From assembly GCA_964016885.1 (NCBI GenBank), contig OZ024745.1, positions 121,148,001 through 121,212,000 of the forward strand: DNA of 64,000 nucleotides. Reading direction: 5' to 3'. Position numbers and translations under genes: made by a program. A model generated the notes under the pieces. That model saw only the letters and a program-made list of their open reading frames with translations. It ran no database searches and was not told the DNA's origin. Positions 25,527-39,172 of this stretch are shown one piece after another (positions within the stretch are counted from its first letter, which is position 1; every line of letters starts with the position of its first letter). Source of the DNA: Eledone cirrhosa (Eukaryota).

Positions 25527-27140
25527 ACACCAGAAATTAAGGGCTTGAAAAAGTCCTATCAGTTTAGATTCTATCATATTTATTATTTAAAGACTTATTC
25601 CACATCAATAGATTCTTGATAAAAGCAACATTGGTAAAGTTCTGGTGATTATGGAAAACAGCCAAATAGTTTCTCAAGAGAATATTCTCACTTTACTTCT
25701 AAATTACCATTAATATTACTTTTTTCAACTTTATAATCATTTCCAGAATGTTATTAATTAATCATTTAAAAATTTCTTTATCAGTTCTCTCAAGCTATAT
25801 TGCTATCTATGTAATCTCACAAATATTTTTTGCTGCTTTATATCAATTTTCCTATGCCAACATAGGTGGACTGATTTTATTGTTTTTCTAATGATATTTA
25901 TAATGAATCCACTGTGAAATCAACAATTGGAAATGTTTTGTTAGTGAGGCAACTAAGACAAGCAGAGTTATGTGCCTTGCCCAGGAGCCCATGAACTGCC
26001 AATTATATGGTTGGTAACTCATTAACTTCATCTATTTACTTCATAAGCTTTTGCTGTTGCGAAACATTTATCTGAGATGAAAGACTCTTTAGGGCTATTC
26101 TTATTTAGAAAGATTTTTTTAGGTCTGTTCTTATTTATTCAGAAATTTCTAATTTATTTTCAAAGATTGAATTAATGTTACATTTAACCCCTTAGCATTT
26201 ACATTATTCTATATATTATTGTATTTTTGCACTAAAGGCTTTACCTCACATAATATCTCACATAATATCAAAGCTATGAGATTTTGATGTTATTTATTTT
26301 GAGAACAATACCTTAACATCGGTATGAGTGGCAAGTTACAGCTAGTTTGAACAGAAAGAAGTGAGAGAATTCTGGCCGGTTTAAATGCTAAAGAATTAAT
26401 GTATTTCTTTGCTAGCTACTACAAGATTTTGTCTCTTTTATTTTCTTGTTCATCCTGCATTACTCACATTACACCATTACACCATTACACCAAACACGAA
26501 AAGCAATCATTTCTTCCCTTGGATGTATGAAGACTTGTTTTCTTGAAGACATGAAAGTGTAGTTCTTTAATAATTCTTAAGTTGAACATTTGTATATGAA
26601 TTCCTTAAGCAAGTATTTTATACAATTGGACTCTTTTAATGATTCTATTATGAGAGGATAATATAATCTATTTTTAGGAGAAATTCAAACAAGCAGAATA
26701 ATGTAATCTCTTGAAAGACACAACATAAAAACACTACATAAAAAAAGAAAGGAAAGGAACCAATCATCAGATTGGACCAAGGACACAATGTTTCCACTGG
26801 TTTTTCCATTGCTGATACTATCTGTTGTTAGGAGGAGCAATGTAAATATAAAATATTTAGATTCTGCTTCATTACATCTCTTTAGTTCCTTGTTCGAATA
26901 CAGAATTTCTCAAACTTTTTGGGCCATCGCCCTCCTCATGGCCACATAATATCCTCAGCACCTCCACCCCTATATCGAGAGAGACCTACCTAAATGCAAA
27001 TTGTAAGTAATATATAATAAATAAAGTCGTTAATTTATATATAGTAAATAATATAATATATACTATATATTAAAAAATATATATATTTTTTTATTTTACT
27101 ATATTTATATATAATATGTATCATTTGATATTTAATATAC

Positions 27141-27290
27141 CTTGGATTGACAGGACTGAGGTCAAGTTTTGTGATATCTCGACAGCCAATGACAAGGGCC
27201 CAGAGGACTTCAGCTGAAGGTGGATGTAGGGCACTATGATATGTGAACTCTTCTAGGAGGCGGGCATAAGAAGAAACAAGCCACATACAC
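27141..27290 (-). CDS. FBXO41: FBXO41-like exon
   Basis: ttcag acceptor, gtat donor, 150 nt, phase 2->2; CMWLVSSYARLLEEFTYHSALHPPSAEVLWALVIGCRDITKLDLSPVNP resembles FBXO41 LWLASCYCR...EVIWALGAGCREI. Confidence 0.92.
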
Positions 27291-27379
27291 CTGAAATTAG
27301 AAAGTAGTTTGAATAATTTCTTTTTATTGAAAAAACAAAACAAAACAAAAACATGTTAATGGAATTACAAATACAACAA

Positions 27380-28055
27380 TGAATCAAAGTGTATGACAAC
27401 TGATAAAAACAATGCCAATCTCACAATCTACAACCAGCAAATTGCTCAAGTTATGGAGTTTGTATATCTCAGTCACAATCTATCATCAAACAACAATGGA
27501 ATGGTTGCTGCACAATATCAAATCGCTCTAGGTTGGGCAGCTTTCAACAAGGACAAGGAACTACTAACATCAAAACGAGTTTCCTACCATTTGAAGGCTA
27601 AGATTTACAATACTTACATCCTACCAGTTGTGTTATATGGTCTTGACTGTGTAAATTGGACTACAAGGTCACTTCAGAAGCTCTCTACATTCCAGAACCA
27701 CATCATGAGACTTATGACTGACAAGCGGCTCAGTGACTGCATCTGTATCAGTGAACTTCTCAACATTACCAGACTTAGACCAATAACATCAATTGTCAAG
27801 TCAAACTATACGGTCATATAAAAAGATCAACTCGTGGTGGGAGTAGGTTATGCCTGGAAGGAAGGTTGGCTGGTACGAGAAGCAGAGGCCGGCAGAGAAG
27901 ACGATGGCTTGATAATGTCAACCTTTGGACAGGACTTAATCTTTGCTTTTTAAACTCTGCTAGTGGTGATCGAACATTGTGGAGAAACATATCTCATGTT
28001 GATGCACTGTCTGCAACTGGCGGAGTTTAGTGTCAAAGAAATATAACAACAACAA
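27380..28055 (+). mobile_element. 5'-truncated RTE-like LINE 3' fragment
   Basis: EFVYL, ALGWAAF, KIYNTYILPVVLYGLDC, then after a frameshift LEG.L.G.RSRGRQRRRWLDNV; (caa)n tail. Confidence 0.8.
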
Positions 28056-28334
28056 TTTCAAATGTTTTTTGGTGGTGGAGTGTAGTTATTTTAATTGATC
28101 ACATTAGATTACTGGTACTTGATTTCAAGTATTAGGGGTGGAATGTAGTAAATTTAATCAATCACATTATATTACTGGTATCTATTCATTTACATCCTTT
28201 GTGTGCCCTGGCACGACCGAGTGCAAAATGAGGAAATCCTGCAGAGAGCTGTTTTGTCTGACAATTCTGTTTGGTCTAGCAATTCTGAATACAGTTTAAC
28301 AATGAGTTGATACAAATAAAATATCTGCAGGCAT

Positions 28335-28727
28335 CAGACTTATTTCCAGCTGTGTATACCTTCCAGAATCACAGACTTATTTCCAGCTGTGTATACCTTC
28401 CAGAATCACAGACTTAATTCTAGCTGTGTACACCTTCCAGAATGACAGACTTAATTCTAGCTGTGTACACCTTCCAGAATGACAGACTTAATTCTAGCTG
28501 TGTACACCTTCCAGAATGACAGACTTAATTCTAGCTGTGTATACGTTCCAGAATGACAGACTTAATTCTAGCTGTGTACACCTTCCAGAATGACAGACTT
28601 AATTCTAGGTGTGTACACCTTCCAGAATCACAGACTTAATTCTAGCTGTGTACACCTTCCAGAATGACAGATTTAATTCTAGCTGTGTACACCTTCCAGA
28701 ATCACAGACTTAATTCCAGCTATGTAT
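28335..28727. repeat. 37-bp tandem repeat, about 10.5 copies
   Basis: cagacttaattctagctgtgtacaccttccagaatga. Confidence 0.95.
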
Positions 28728-28868
28728 CGGTTGAGCGTCGGACAACATGCTTTGCAGCAGGAAGTTACGCCCCTTTACAATCTGAGTTTAAATCTCACAG
28801 AGGTTAGCTTTGTCTTTTATCCTTATGGGGTCAATAAAATAAAGCACCGGTAATGCACTGGGGTCGAT

Positions 28869-29092
28869 TTAACCCTTTAGCATTTACATTACTCTATATA
28901 TACTATTATATTTTGACGGTAAAGGGTTTACCTCACATAATTATATCAGATAATATCGAATCTATGAGATTTTGATATTATTTATTTTGAGAACAATATC
29001 TTAACATCAGTATGAGTGGCCAGCTACAGCCAGTTTGAACAGAAAGAAGTGAGTGATTTCTGCCAGATATGGTTTAAATGTTAAAAGGTTAA
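28869..29092 (+). mobile_element. piggyBac-type MITE family A (TTAA TSD, CCCTTTAGCATTTA TIR, about 200-245 bp), representative copy
   Basis: Splits a SINE at gtcgat-TTAA-tcga. Other copies: 846-1062, 7102-7304, 24609-24856, 24900-25126, 26184-26399, 31891-32118, 32394-32621, 33368-33585, 38279-38519, 51250-51490, about 56554-56764, 56913-57138. Confidence 0.88.
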
Positions 29093-29337
29093 TCGAATTT
29101 CCCCTCTCCCAAAATTTGCTGGCCTTGTGCCTTTAGTAGAAACAATTATTATTTCCAATAATGCTGCTTTTATTTTAGCATCCATAGTTGTTAGAAAAAC
29201 ATGTTCCTTTTGTTTCAATTAGTGATAACTGTTATATCAGGTTTCTTATTGGTGTGGACTTTTTATTGATTTTAGTTGTTTCAATTTTTCAAGCTGTTTG
29301 TCATTTATTGTTAATTTTTACTGCAAATGTTCATAAT

Positions 29338-29955
29338 AATAATAATAATAATAATAATGATTGTGTACAGTGCTCAGGTGCACTACAACTCAGCAAAAGT
29401 GTATGTATAGTACATAGAATAATGTACAAAAGTCAGGAAAGTGAACAGTGTATGAGATATGATACACACGCACACACATAAACACACAGACACACACATG
29501 CATACACCACATACACTCACACACGCAGGCATATACCACACACACACACACATGTGTGTGCGTGTGTATAGAGGGGGAATATTAGGTGTAGTTTTGGCGA
29601 ATTTCAGGAAGCATGGAGATTTTGAAGGATGCAGTGTCCCGACAGTTAACAACTGATGCAGGTAGTTTGTTTCGTGCTTCAGCAACTCTGAGCATTAAAA
29701 ATGTTTCCGACTGTCATGGGACTGGCTGTGCTGTTTTCTGACTTTGTTGGCATCCCCACGTGTGTTAGACACATGGAATTCAAAAAGGTGCTCAGGGTTG
29801 TTATTGGCAAGATGGTTAATAATCTTGTGGATGTCTACCAAGTTAGTTGCCAGACATCAGAGCCTTAATGTATCCATGCCTAGCGGAGCAAGGCATTCAG
29901 AGTATGGTAGATGCCCAATGGAGGGTATATATTTGGTTGCACGTTTCTGATTACT
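29338..29955 (-). mobile_element. CR1-type LINE 3' fragment with (ATT)n tail
   Basis: Minus-strand QKRATKYIPSI.HLPYSE.L..LGMDTL.L...KII, the CR1 C-terminal motif; interrupted by a CA microsatellite. Confidence 0.75.
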
Positions 29956-30237
29956 TTCTTTCTGCAAATTATTAAATACAATTTATGTTGTATTTAATTT
30001 TCATTGTGGAACAATTAGATAATGGGTTCAACCCCATGAGGTGATTGATCTGCATTGGTTCCAATGACAAGTGTTCCAGTTGTTTGATCAATGGAAGAGC
30101 CAGCTCGTGAAATTAATGTCTAAGTGTCTGAGCATTCCACAGACATGTGTACCCTTAATGCTATTTTAAAGGAGATTCAGCATAACTCATTTTTTCTACT
30201 TGAATGAACTGGGTCAATGTGAAATACAGTTTTGTAC

Positions 30238-30509
30238 TTAACCTGTTGATTGCCATGCATATTTTACACAGCTACAGTTGTGCTGGGTTTTTTTTCTTCA
30301 GTAAAATGACTATTTTAATTGACAATCATTTATTAACAACACATATCTGAATGATTGACATATGTCACATCAATAAACTAGTAACCCCATCTAGTTTTGA
30401 AGTTGTGAACTGTTGGAAAAGAGTTCATAACTTTGAAGTTATGAACTGTTGGAAAAGAGTTCAAACATGTTAGGACAAGTCATCTTGTCTACGGCACTGA
30501 AGAGATTAA
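30238..30509 (+). mobile_element. TTAA-flanked MITE family B with internal 36-bp repeats
   Basis: ttaacctgttga...cactgaagagattaa; splits a SINE. Other copies at 31423-31759 and 32800-33035 (inverted). Confidence 0.75.
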
Positions 30510-30637
30510 GGACACAATGCACAGCTGGGAATTGAACACATGACCAAACAATTGTAATCTGAACACCCTAACCACTATACCATATACCTTCACAGCTCTA
30601 TATAAGCACCAAAGAGGAGTAAAAAAATATATAATAC

Positions 30638-30736
30638 CTTTCTGTAAATACAGGACCACAGTTTATAATCGTCAGTTTTTTTAGACTTCCTTCTGCATTC
30701 ATTAGAACAGCTTCTAACCCCTTTTCCAGGCTGCCT
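30638..30736 (-). CDS. FBXO41: FBXO41-like exon
   Basis: cag acceptor, gtat donor, 99 nt, phase 2->2; RGSLEKGLEAVLMNAEGSLKKLTIINCGPVFTER resembles vertebrate FBXO41 RGCLEAGLESLLKAAGGNL...C...LTDR (recalled, not aligned). Confidence 0.9.
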
Positions 30737-32197
30737 CTGTGAATGTTTCAATAAAAACTTATTCTCATAACTAATGAAGGAGTCTTGTTAATATGGTGAG
30801 TATGTTTTATTATATATTTCTGGCAATACACTCACTTACACTCACACATACACACACTTACACTCACACATACATACACATACACACACTTACACTCACA
30901 CATACATACACTTACACCCACACATACACACACATACACACATATACACACACACATACACTCACTTGTACTCATACATACACACACTTACACCCACACA
31001 TACACACACATACACACACATACACACACATACACTCACTTGTACTCATACATACACACACTTAGACCCACACATACACACACGCACTCATACTTATATA
31101 CACATACACTCACACACACTTACATACACACATACGTGCACATTACACACGCATACACACATATACACACATACGCACACATACATGCACATTTACAGAT
31201 ACATACATGCATACATACACACATATACACACACATACATACACATATGCACATACACACATATGTGTACACATACACACATACACTCATATACATACAC
31301 ACATATGCACACACACACACATACACACACAATTTAATTGAAGAATTAACACTTTGTACCACATAAAACCATATTAGCAAAACATTCTAAAAAGTACAAA
31401 ACAACACTATAACTGCATCTCATTAATCTGTTGACTGCTGCGTATGTTTTACACAGCTACAGACCATTTTTTAAAACAAACATCTATTAACAACACATAT
31501 CTGAATGGTTGACAAACGTCACATCAATAAACTAGTAACTCCATCTAGCTTTGAAGTTATGAACTGTTGGGAATGAGTTCATAACTTTGAAGTTATGAAC
31601 TGTTGGAAACGATTTCATAACTTTGAAGTTATGAACTGTTGGGAACAAGTTCATAACTTTGAAGTTATGAACTGTTGGAAAAGAGTTTAAACATGTTAGG
31701 ACAAGTTATCTAGTCCGTGTTAGGACGAGTTATCTCGTCTACGGCACTGAAGAGGTTAGAAATTGAAGTCTTTACTTTAATACTGCTCCTTTTCACAATG
31801 ATCTATTCACTAGTAAAGATACTATAAACATTTGAATTAACAAACCTGTCTTTAGATATTTTCTGTGAAATCATCACAGGATGTTACGTGTTAATCCTTT
31901 AGCATTTACATCACTCTATATTTACTATTGTATTTTTACAGTAAAGTCTTTACCTCACATAATTATCTCACATAATATCGAATATATGAGATTTGATATT
32001 ATTTATTTTGAGAACAATACCTTAATATAAGTATGAGGGGCCAGCTATAGCTAGTTTGAATAGAAAGAGGTGAGAGAATTCTGGTTGAATATTGACGGTT
32101 TAAATGCTAAAGGGTTAATATGTAAATTATGAACTAATGGCGAAGCTTTTTGTTAAGAAAACATAAAATAAACTTGTATTATAGTGAAGTTACTTAC

Positions 32198-32258
32198 CGT
32201 ATCTCTTGTTGGTAAAACTTCTCACTTTCTCCACGCTGTTTTGGCCGTCCTTGTATAC
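32198..32258 (-). CDS. FBXO41: FBXO41-like exon
   Basis: tag acceptor, gtaagt donor, 61 nt, phase 1->2; SIQGRPKQRGESEKFYQQEIR, in frame with both neighbours. Confidence 0.85.
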
Positions 32259-33727
32259 CTACCGAGAAGCAATAAGATTTGTTTCAAAATGTGTCTTGAA
32301 AAATGAGAATAAAAACTGTCATGTATGCCACTTGCATCATTATATCATTTTTTATATAGTTTTTTAGTTTTTTATTGAGATATAGTTGATAGTTTAACCC
32401 TTTAGTATTTACATTACTCTATATATACTATTGTATTTTTGTGGTAAAGGCTTTATCTCACATAATATCTCATATAATATTGAATCTATGAGATTTTGAT
32501 GTTATTCATTTTGAGAACAATACCTTAACATCAGTATGAGTCATTGGATACAGCCAGTTTGATCAGAAAAAGGTGAGAGAATTTTGGCCAGATATGGCCG
32601 GTTTTAATGCTAAATGGTTAATACAGGATACAATTACATAATCAACAATTTTAGTATATAGAAGTTAAGGGTCAAACTACTTGCTTGATGGAATATTTTT
32701 CTGAAGACATTCTGCTGTCCAGCTCACTTAGGAGTTTCTTACCACTATAGTATGACACCACAATTACAATACATTTCAACGTCCTCATCTTACAATGCTT
32801 TAACCTCTTTAGTGCCATAGACAAGATAACGCATCCTAACATGTTTGAACTCATTTCCAACAGTTCATAACTTCAAAGCTAGATGGGGTTACTAGTTTAT
32901 TGATGTTACATTTGTCAATCATTCAGATATGTGTTGTTAATAAATGTTTGTGTTAAAAAATAATCATTTTACTAGAAAAAAACTTGGCACAGCAACTGTA
33001 GCTGTGTAAAATATACACAGCAGTCAACAGGTTAAACCCAGTAAATTACAATATCAAAATATTTACAATTTTGATATATTAAAAACCTACACAGTTGCAT
33101 AGATTTAGTAGAGTGGTTCCCAACCTTTTGTGCATCATGCCCACCTCAACTTCTAAAAAATTGTTATCTTCATTTGATATGAAAACAGTGATGATCAACT
33201 GCAAAGTGTAAACAAATTGGTGTATAGGTGGTGTCAGGTACACAATAACATGTGGAGGTGAGACAAGAGTTTCTGACTGTAATGTGTACCAAAGTTGCCT
33301 TGGTGTAAAAGCAGTTAAGTAAAACCTGAAGTTTGTTCTCATTAACATCATTTGCAAATTGCCCCCCTTAACCCTTTAGCATTTAAACTGACCGTATCCA
33401 GCCAGAATTCTCTCACCTCTTTTTATTCAAATCGGCTGTAAGTGGCCACTCATACTGATGTTAAGGTGTTGTTCTCAAAATAAATAACATCAAAGTCTTA
33501 TAGATTCGATATCATGTGAGGTAAAGCCTTTACCATGAAAATACAATAGTATATACAGAGAGTTATGTAAATGTTAAAGGGTTAAATATTAAAACTACCT
33601 GACATTGAGAATCCCTGGTTTAGTTTATAGCACAACATCACAGATTTAATATATGACACAGAAACATTATACTGTGATTTTAATGTATAAAAAGTGAAAA
33701 AAACCCCCAAAAATTAAAATTGCTTAC

Positions 33728-33782
33728 TTTCAAAATAAAGTTCCTTCAAGTTTGTCAATCTATGGGAAAGTTTTTCCAGAAA
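33728..33782 (-). CDS. FBXO41: FBXO41-like exon
   Basis: Polypyrimidine-tag acceptor, gtaag donor, 55 nt, phase 0->1; FLEKLSHRLTNLKELYFE (LRR-like). Confidence 0.85.
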
Positions 33783-34519
33783 CTAAAAAAAGAGAAGAAG
33801 GATAAGTTAAGATACATTAAGATACTGAGTTGCTTTACCTTGAGAAATTAAACCAATATTTCTTTATGTTCTGAGTTTAAATCACTCTGAGGTTTACCTA
33901 AATTTTGACTATCTATATATAAATTTCTGTGATTCTGTCACAACACATAAAGAGAGAGAGAGAGAGAGAGTAGTTTGACTACCTCGTACTACTCCTGTAT
34001 GTGTGTGTGTGTAAAAGGAAGGAAGGGGATGGTGAAAAAACTATAGCAAAATAGCAGCTGGTGTTCCTTGTGCAACGCTGTGAGTGTATGTATGTGTGTG
34101 TAAAAGGAAGGGAGGGGTGGTGAAAAACTACGCTGTGTGGGAGTGTATGTGTTTGTGTGTGTTTGTGTAAATGTATGTGTGTGCTTGTGTGAATGTATGC
34201 CTAAGTGGGTATTTTTGTAAGTGTGTCTGTGTTTGTACATTTATATTTATATACTCATACATATAAATGTATGCATATGCACATACACATACATGGACTG
34301 GTGTCCTGTTCAGGAGGAATTCTTGTATTCCCAATCACTTAACCGGGTTAAGTTCTGGCCTTCAGAAAACTGTCAAGCTCAATAGGCCTCACTCCATTCC
34401 CACAACCCCCCACAAAAGTCTTCTATATAAACTGTGAAATTCAATAAAATTGATTGAAATACCACAAAATATATAACAATGGATACAATGCAAGATGGTT
34501 ATTTGGATATTTGATTATT

Positions 34520-35505
34520 TCATTACCATATCTCTAATGAAAGACACTGTCTATGCCATTAACCCTTTTCTTACCATATTTCTACTGACACTGCCTATGT
34601 CATTAACCCTTTTCTTACCATATTTCTAATGAAAGACACTGTCTATGTCATTAACCCTTCCATTACCATATTTCTAATGAAAGACACTGTCTATGTCTTT
34701 AACCCTTCCATTACCATATTTATAACGAAAGACACTGTCTATGTCTTTAACCCTTCCATTACCATATTTATAACGAAAGACACTGTCTATGTCTTTAACC
34801 CTTCCATTACCATATTTATAACGAAAGATACTGTCTATGTCTTTAACCCTTTCATTACCATATTTCTAATGAAAGATACTGTCTATGTCTTTAACCCTTC
34901 CATTACCATATTTATAACGAAAGACACTGTCTATGTCTTTAACCCTTCCATTACCATATTTATAACGAAAGATACTGTCTATGTCTTTAACCCTTTCATT
35001 ACCATATTTTTAATGAAAGACACTGTCTATATCTTTAACCCTTTCATTACCATATTTTTAATGAAAGATACTGTCTATGTCTTTAACTCCTCCATTACCA
35101 TATTTTTAATGAAAGACACTGTCTATGTCTTTAACCCTTTCATTACCATATTTTTAATGAAAGATACTGTCTATGTCTTTAACCCCTCCATTACCATATT
35201 TCTAATGAAAGACACTGTCTATGTCTTTAACCCTTTCATTACCATATTTATAACGAAAGATACTGTCTATGTCTTTAACCCTTTCATTACCATATTTATA
35301 ACGAAAGATACTGTCTATGTCTTTAACCCTTCCATTACCATATTTCTAATGAAAGACACTGTCTATGTCTTTAACCCTTCCATTACCATATTTATAACGA
35401 AAGATACTGTCTATGCATTAACTCTTTCATTACCATATTTCTAATGAAAGACACTGTCTATGTCATTAACTCTTTCATTACCATATTTCTAACAAAAGAC
35501 ACTAT
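34520..35505. repeat. 48-bp tandem repeat, about 20 copies
   Basis: attaccatatttctaatgaaagacactgtctatgtctttaacccttcc. Confidence 0.97.
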
Positions 35506-36400
35506 CTAAAGAGAGAGAGAGAGTGAGAGAAAGATATAGAGGGAGAATAAATCCCAGTATTAAACTAGTACTTTTTTATCGGCCTCATAAGGATGAAAGG
35601 CAAAGTTGACCTTGGCAGGATTTGCCCTAATGACCCTGCCAATTCATATACTAACACACACACATCAAGTAAAGTATTTTTTTATTTTCTATATTATTTT
35701 ATCGATCAACAAGTTCCCAGACCTCATTTGCCTACCAAGTGGCGTGGAACGTCAAATTGGACCGAGGAAACAATGCTTCCATTGGTCTTTCCATTGCTGA
35801 TACTATCTACTGCTCGCAACTCCTGGCAGAAGGAGCAATGTGAAATAATGTGTCTTGAACAAGGACATAATGCATCGCCCGGTGCAGGAATCTAACTCCT
35901 AACCTCATGATTGTGGATTCAATTCTCTAATCACTAATAATAGTTTTTACTTAGGCACAAAGCCAGCAATTACCCCAGTGCATTACTGGTACTTTATTTT
36001 ATTGACCCAGTGAGGATGAAAGGCAAAGCTAAGCTCAGCGGGATTTGAACTCAGAACATAAGGTACCATAATTCTAACATGTTGTCCAATATTTTACTGA
36101 TACTACCAATCCACCGCTCTAACTCTCTAAGCACTAACAATGGTTTCTACTTTAGGCACAAGGCCAGTAATTTGGGGAGAGGGAAAGTCGATTAAATCGA
36201 CCCCAGTGCATTATTGGTGCTTTATTTTATCGACCCCGTAAGGATGTAAGGCAAAGCTAAACTTGGCGGGATTTAAACTCAGAACGTAAAGGGACATAAC
36301 TCTATGAGACAAAACATGGTGTCTGACGCTCTACTGATACTAATAGTCCAAGTGAAATAATACAGGTAAGTGCTGAAAAATGTAAAAATGTTTCTCTTAC

Positions 36401-36564
36401 TTTTGATGACATGCGGCCATGAGAAAAAGTGACATATTGCCACAGAGATGGGTGACAACTGGCTCTCTTCCATTTCTGACATACCAAAGGCATTGTAATT
36501 AAGGTCTTCTGGTCTAGAAAACTGAAGATTCGAGTTAACAAGTTCTCATCCAATGAATCAGCAT
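36401..36564 (-). CDS. FBXO41: FBXO41-like F-box/LRR protein, F-box exon (first identifiable exon; starts in phase 1)
   Basis: tttcag| acceptor and |gtaag donor. Encodes ADSLDENLLTRIFSFLDQKTLITMPLVCQKWKRASCHPSLWQYVTFSHGRMSSK, which fits the F-box consensus (L..IFSFL.....V C..W......LW). Confidence 0.9.
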
Positions 36565-36796
36565 CTGAAAATGTTTGAGATTATGATATTAACTCTTAAC
36601 ATCCTGTATCACATGAGACCACATTAACAAGACATCATTCTTTATAAGTTCAAAACAACACTAACTGCATCACATATTTACTCTAATGGAAAATTTTCAC
36701 AACAATCTTATTGTGCGAGAGTACGATGCCCCCGCTAGCGAGAATGGGCTGGACCACTACATATAAATAGTAGCGGCCTGAGTAAGTGGGGAAGTC

Positions 36797-37655
36797 GGTA
36801 CTAGTTCCACAGTTCATATGTTGATAGTCAAAGTTGGTACTAGTTCCATAGTTCGTGTGTTGATAGTGAAAGTTGGTACTAGTTCCATAGTTCGTGTGTT
36901 GATAGTGAAAGTTGGTACTAGTTCCATAGTTCGTGTGTTGATAGTGAAAGTTGGTACTAGTTCCATAGTTCGTGTGTTGATAGTCAAAGTTGGTACTAGT
37001 TCCACAGTTCATATGTTGATAGTCAAAGTTGGTACTAGTTCCACAGTTCGTGTGTTGATAGTGAAAGTTGGTACTAGTTCCACAGTTCGTGTGTTGATAG
37101 TCAAAGTTGGTACTAGTTCCACAGTTCGTGTGTTGATAGTCAAAGTTGGTACTAGTTCCACAGTTCGTGTGTTGATAGTCAAAGTTGGTACTAGTTCCAC
37201 AGTTCGTGTGTTGATAGTCAAAGTTGGTACTAGTTCTATAGTTCGTTTGTTGATAGTCAAAGTTGGTACTAGTTCCACAGTTTGTGTGTTGATAGTCAAA
37301 GTTGGTGCTAGTTCTATAGTTTGTTTGTTGATAGTCAAAGTTGGTACTAGTTCCACAGTTCGTGTGTTGATAGTCAAAGTTGGTACTAGTTCTATAGTTC
37401 GTTTGTTGATAGTCAAAGTTGGTACTAGTTCCACAGTTTGTGTATTGATAATCAAAGTTGGTGCTAGTTCTATAGTTTGTTTGTTGATAGTCAAAGTTGG
37501 TACTAGTTCTATAGTTTGTTTGTTGATAGTCAAAGTTGGTACTAGTTCCACAGTTCGTTTGTTGATAGTCAAAGTTGGTACTGGTTCCATAGTTTGTGCA
37601 TTGATAGTCAAAGTTGGTACTGGTTCCATAGTTTGTTTGTTGATAGTCAAAGTTC
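36797..37655. repeat. 39-bp tandem repeat, about 22 copies
   Basis: gttgatagtcaaagttggtactagttccacagttcgtgt. Confidence 0.97.
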
Positions 37656-37835
37656 ACAGTTTGAGTTAGTGTGTTGGATTGTTGGGTCTTAAAATATTGT
37701 TGTTCCATTACATGTGGTTATTGCCGTTTGTTTCAATTATATTGTTATTACACTGTTGCAGTGTATTCGTTTATCCATAAGGACATAACAAATCTGTTTA
37801 CTGTTTTTAGATATTTTATTCGAAATCATTATTGT

Positions 37836-37871
<36 letters not shown>

Positions 37872-38692
37872 TATCATTATTATCAACATCATTTAACATC
37901 CATTTTCCATGGGTAAAACGGGCAGTCCCTTTGTGAGGGATCAGGTCAAGGGACGGTGATTTGCTCATACAGAACTGATTTTGGCTTGGTTTCTACGGCT
38001 CGATGCCCTTCCTAACACTAACCACATTTACAGTGTGTGTAATGATGTGAAGAATTAACTCTTAATGTTATGTACCACATGAGACCACATTGATAAGACA
38101 TTCTTGAAAAGTAAAAATCAGTACTATGACTACATCACATTAAAAATTAAAGCCTTTACTCTAGCAGTGCACATTTTTACAGTGACCTATCTGCTAGTAA
38201 ATATACTACAAACATTTGAATTAACACTTAATGTCTTGTGCCACATGGGATCACATTCACAAGACATTCTTAAAATGTTTAACCCTTTAGCATTTAAACC
38301 AGCCATATCTGGCCAGAATTCTCCCCTCTTTTTCTATTCAAACCAGCCATAACTGGCCACTCATACTGATGTTAAGATATTGTTCTCAAAATAAATAACA
38401 TCAAAATCTCATAGATTCAATATTATGTGAGATATTAAGTAAGATAATTATGTAAGATAAAGTCTTTACCATAAAAATACAATAGTATATATAGAGTAAT
38501 ATAAATGCTAAAGGGTTAAAACAGTACTGACTGCATCTAATAGTGTAAATTATCACACACAGACAACATCAGTTTCATATATATAGATATCGTTCAATTT
38601 CTGTGTATATTGTCAATTACGATTTTATTTGATGTATCATATCGACATGTATAATATCAATACACACACTTATATATATATATATATACACT

Positions 38693-38728
<36 letters not shown>

Positions 38729-39172
38729 AAACCCATGCTAGCGTGGAAGATGGACGTTAAACGATGATGATGATGATGATGATATATATATATATAAAGA
38801 GAGAGAGAGAAGAAAAGATAGTAGAGACTGGATGGATAAGAAAAGAGCGGAATTTCTCCAAATATATTAACCCACTACCACGTCATGAGGTCAAATAATT
38901 GTTTCTACTTTTGGCACAAGGCCAGCAATTATTCCAGTACATTACTGGTACTTTATTTTATCGACCCCGTAAGGATGAAAGGCAAAGTTAACCTCGGCGG
39001 GATTTGAAATCAGATCGTAAAGGGACGTAACTATGCTGGAAAGCATATGCGACACACTACCGATACTGCCAACTGACCGGCCTTATCATGAGGTCAAATA
39101 ATGGAGGTAGCAAAGGAATGGTCATTGCACACACACACACACATAATATAACCACACATACACACATAAATA

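Noticed and set aside
34629-35444. 271-aa hydrophobic repeat ORF
   Set aside because: 48-bp minisatellite, antisense within an FBXO41 intron.
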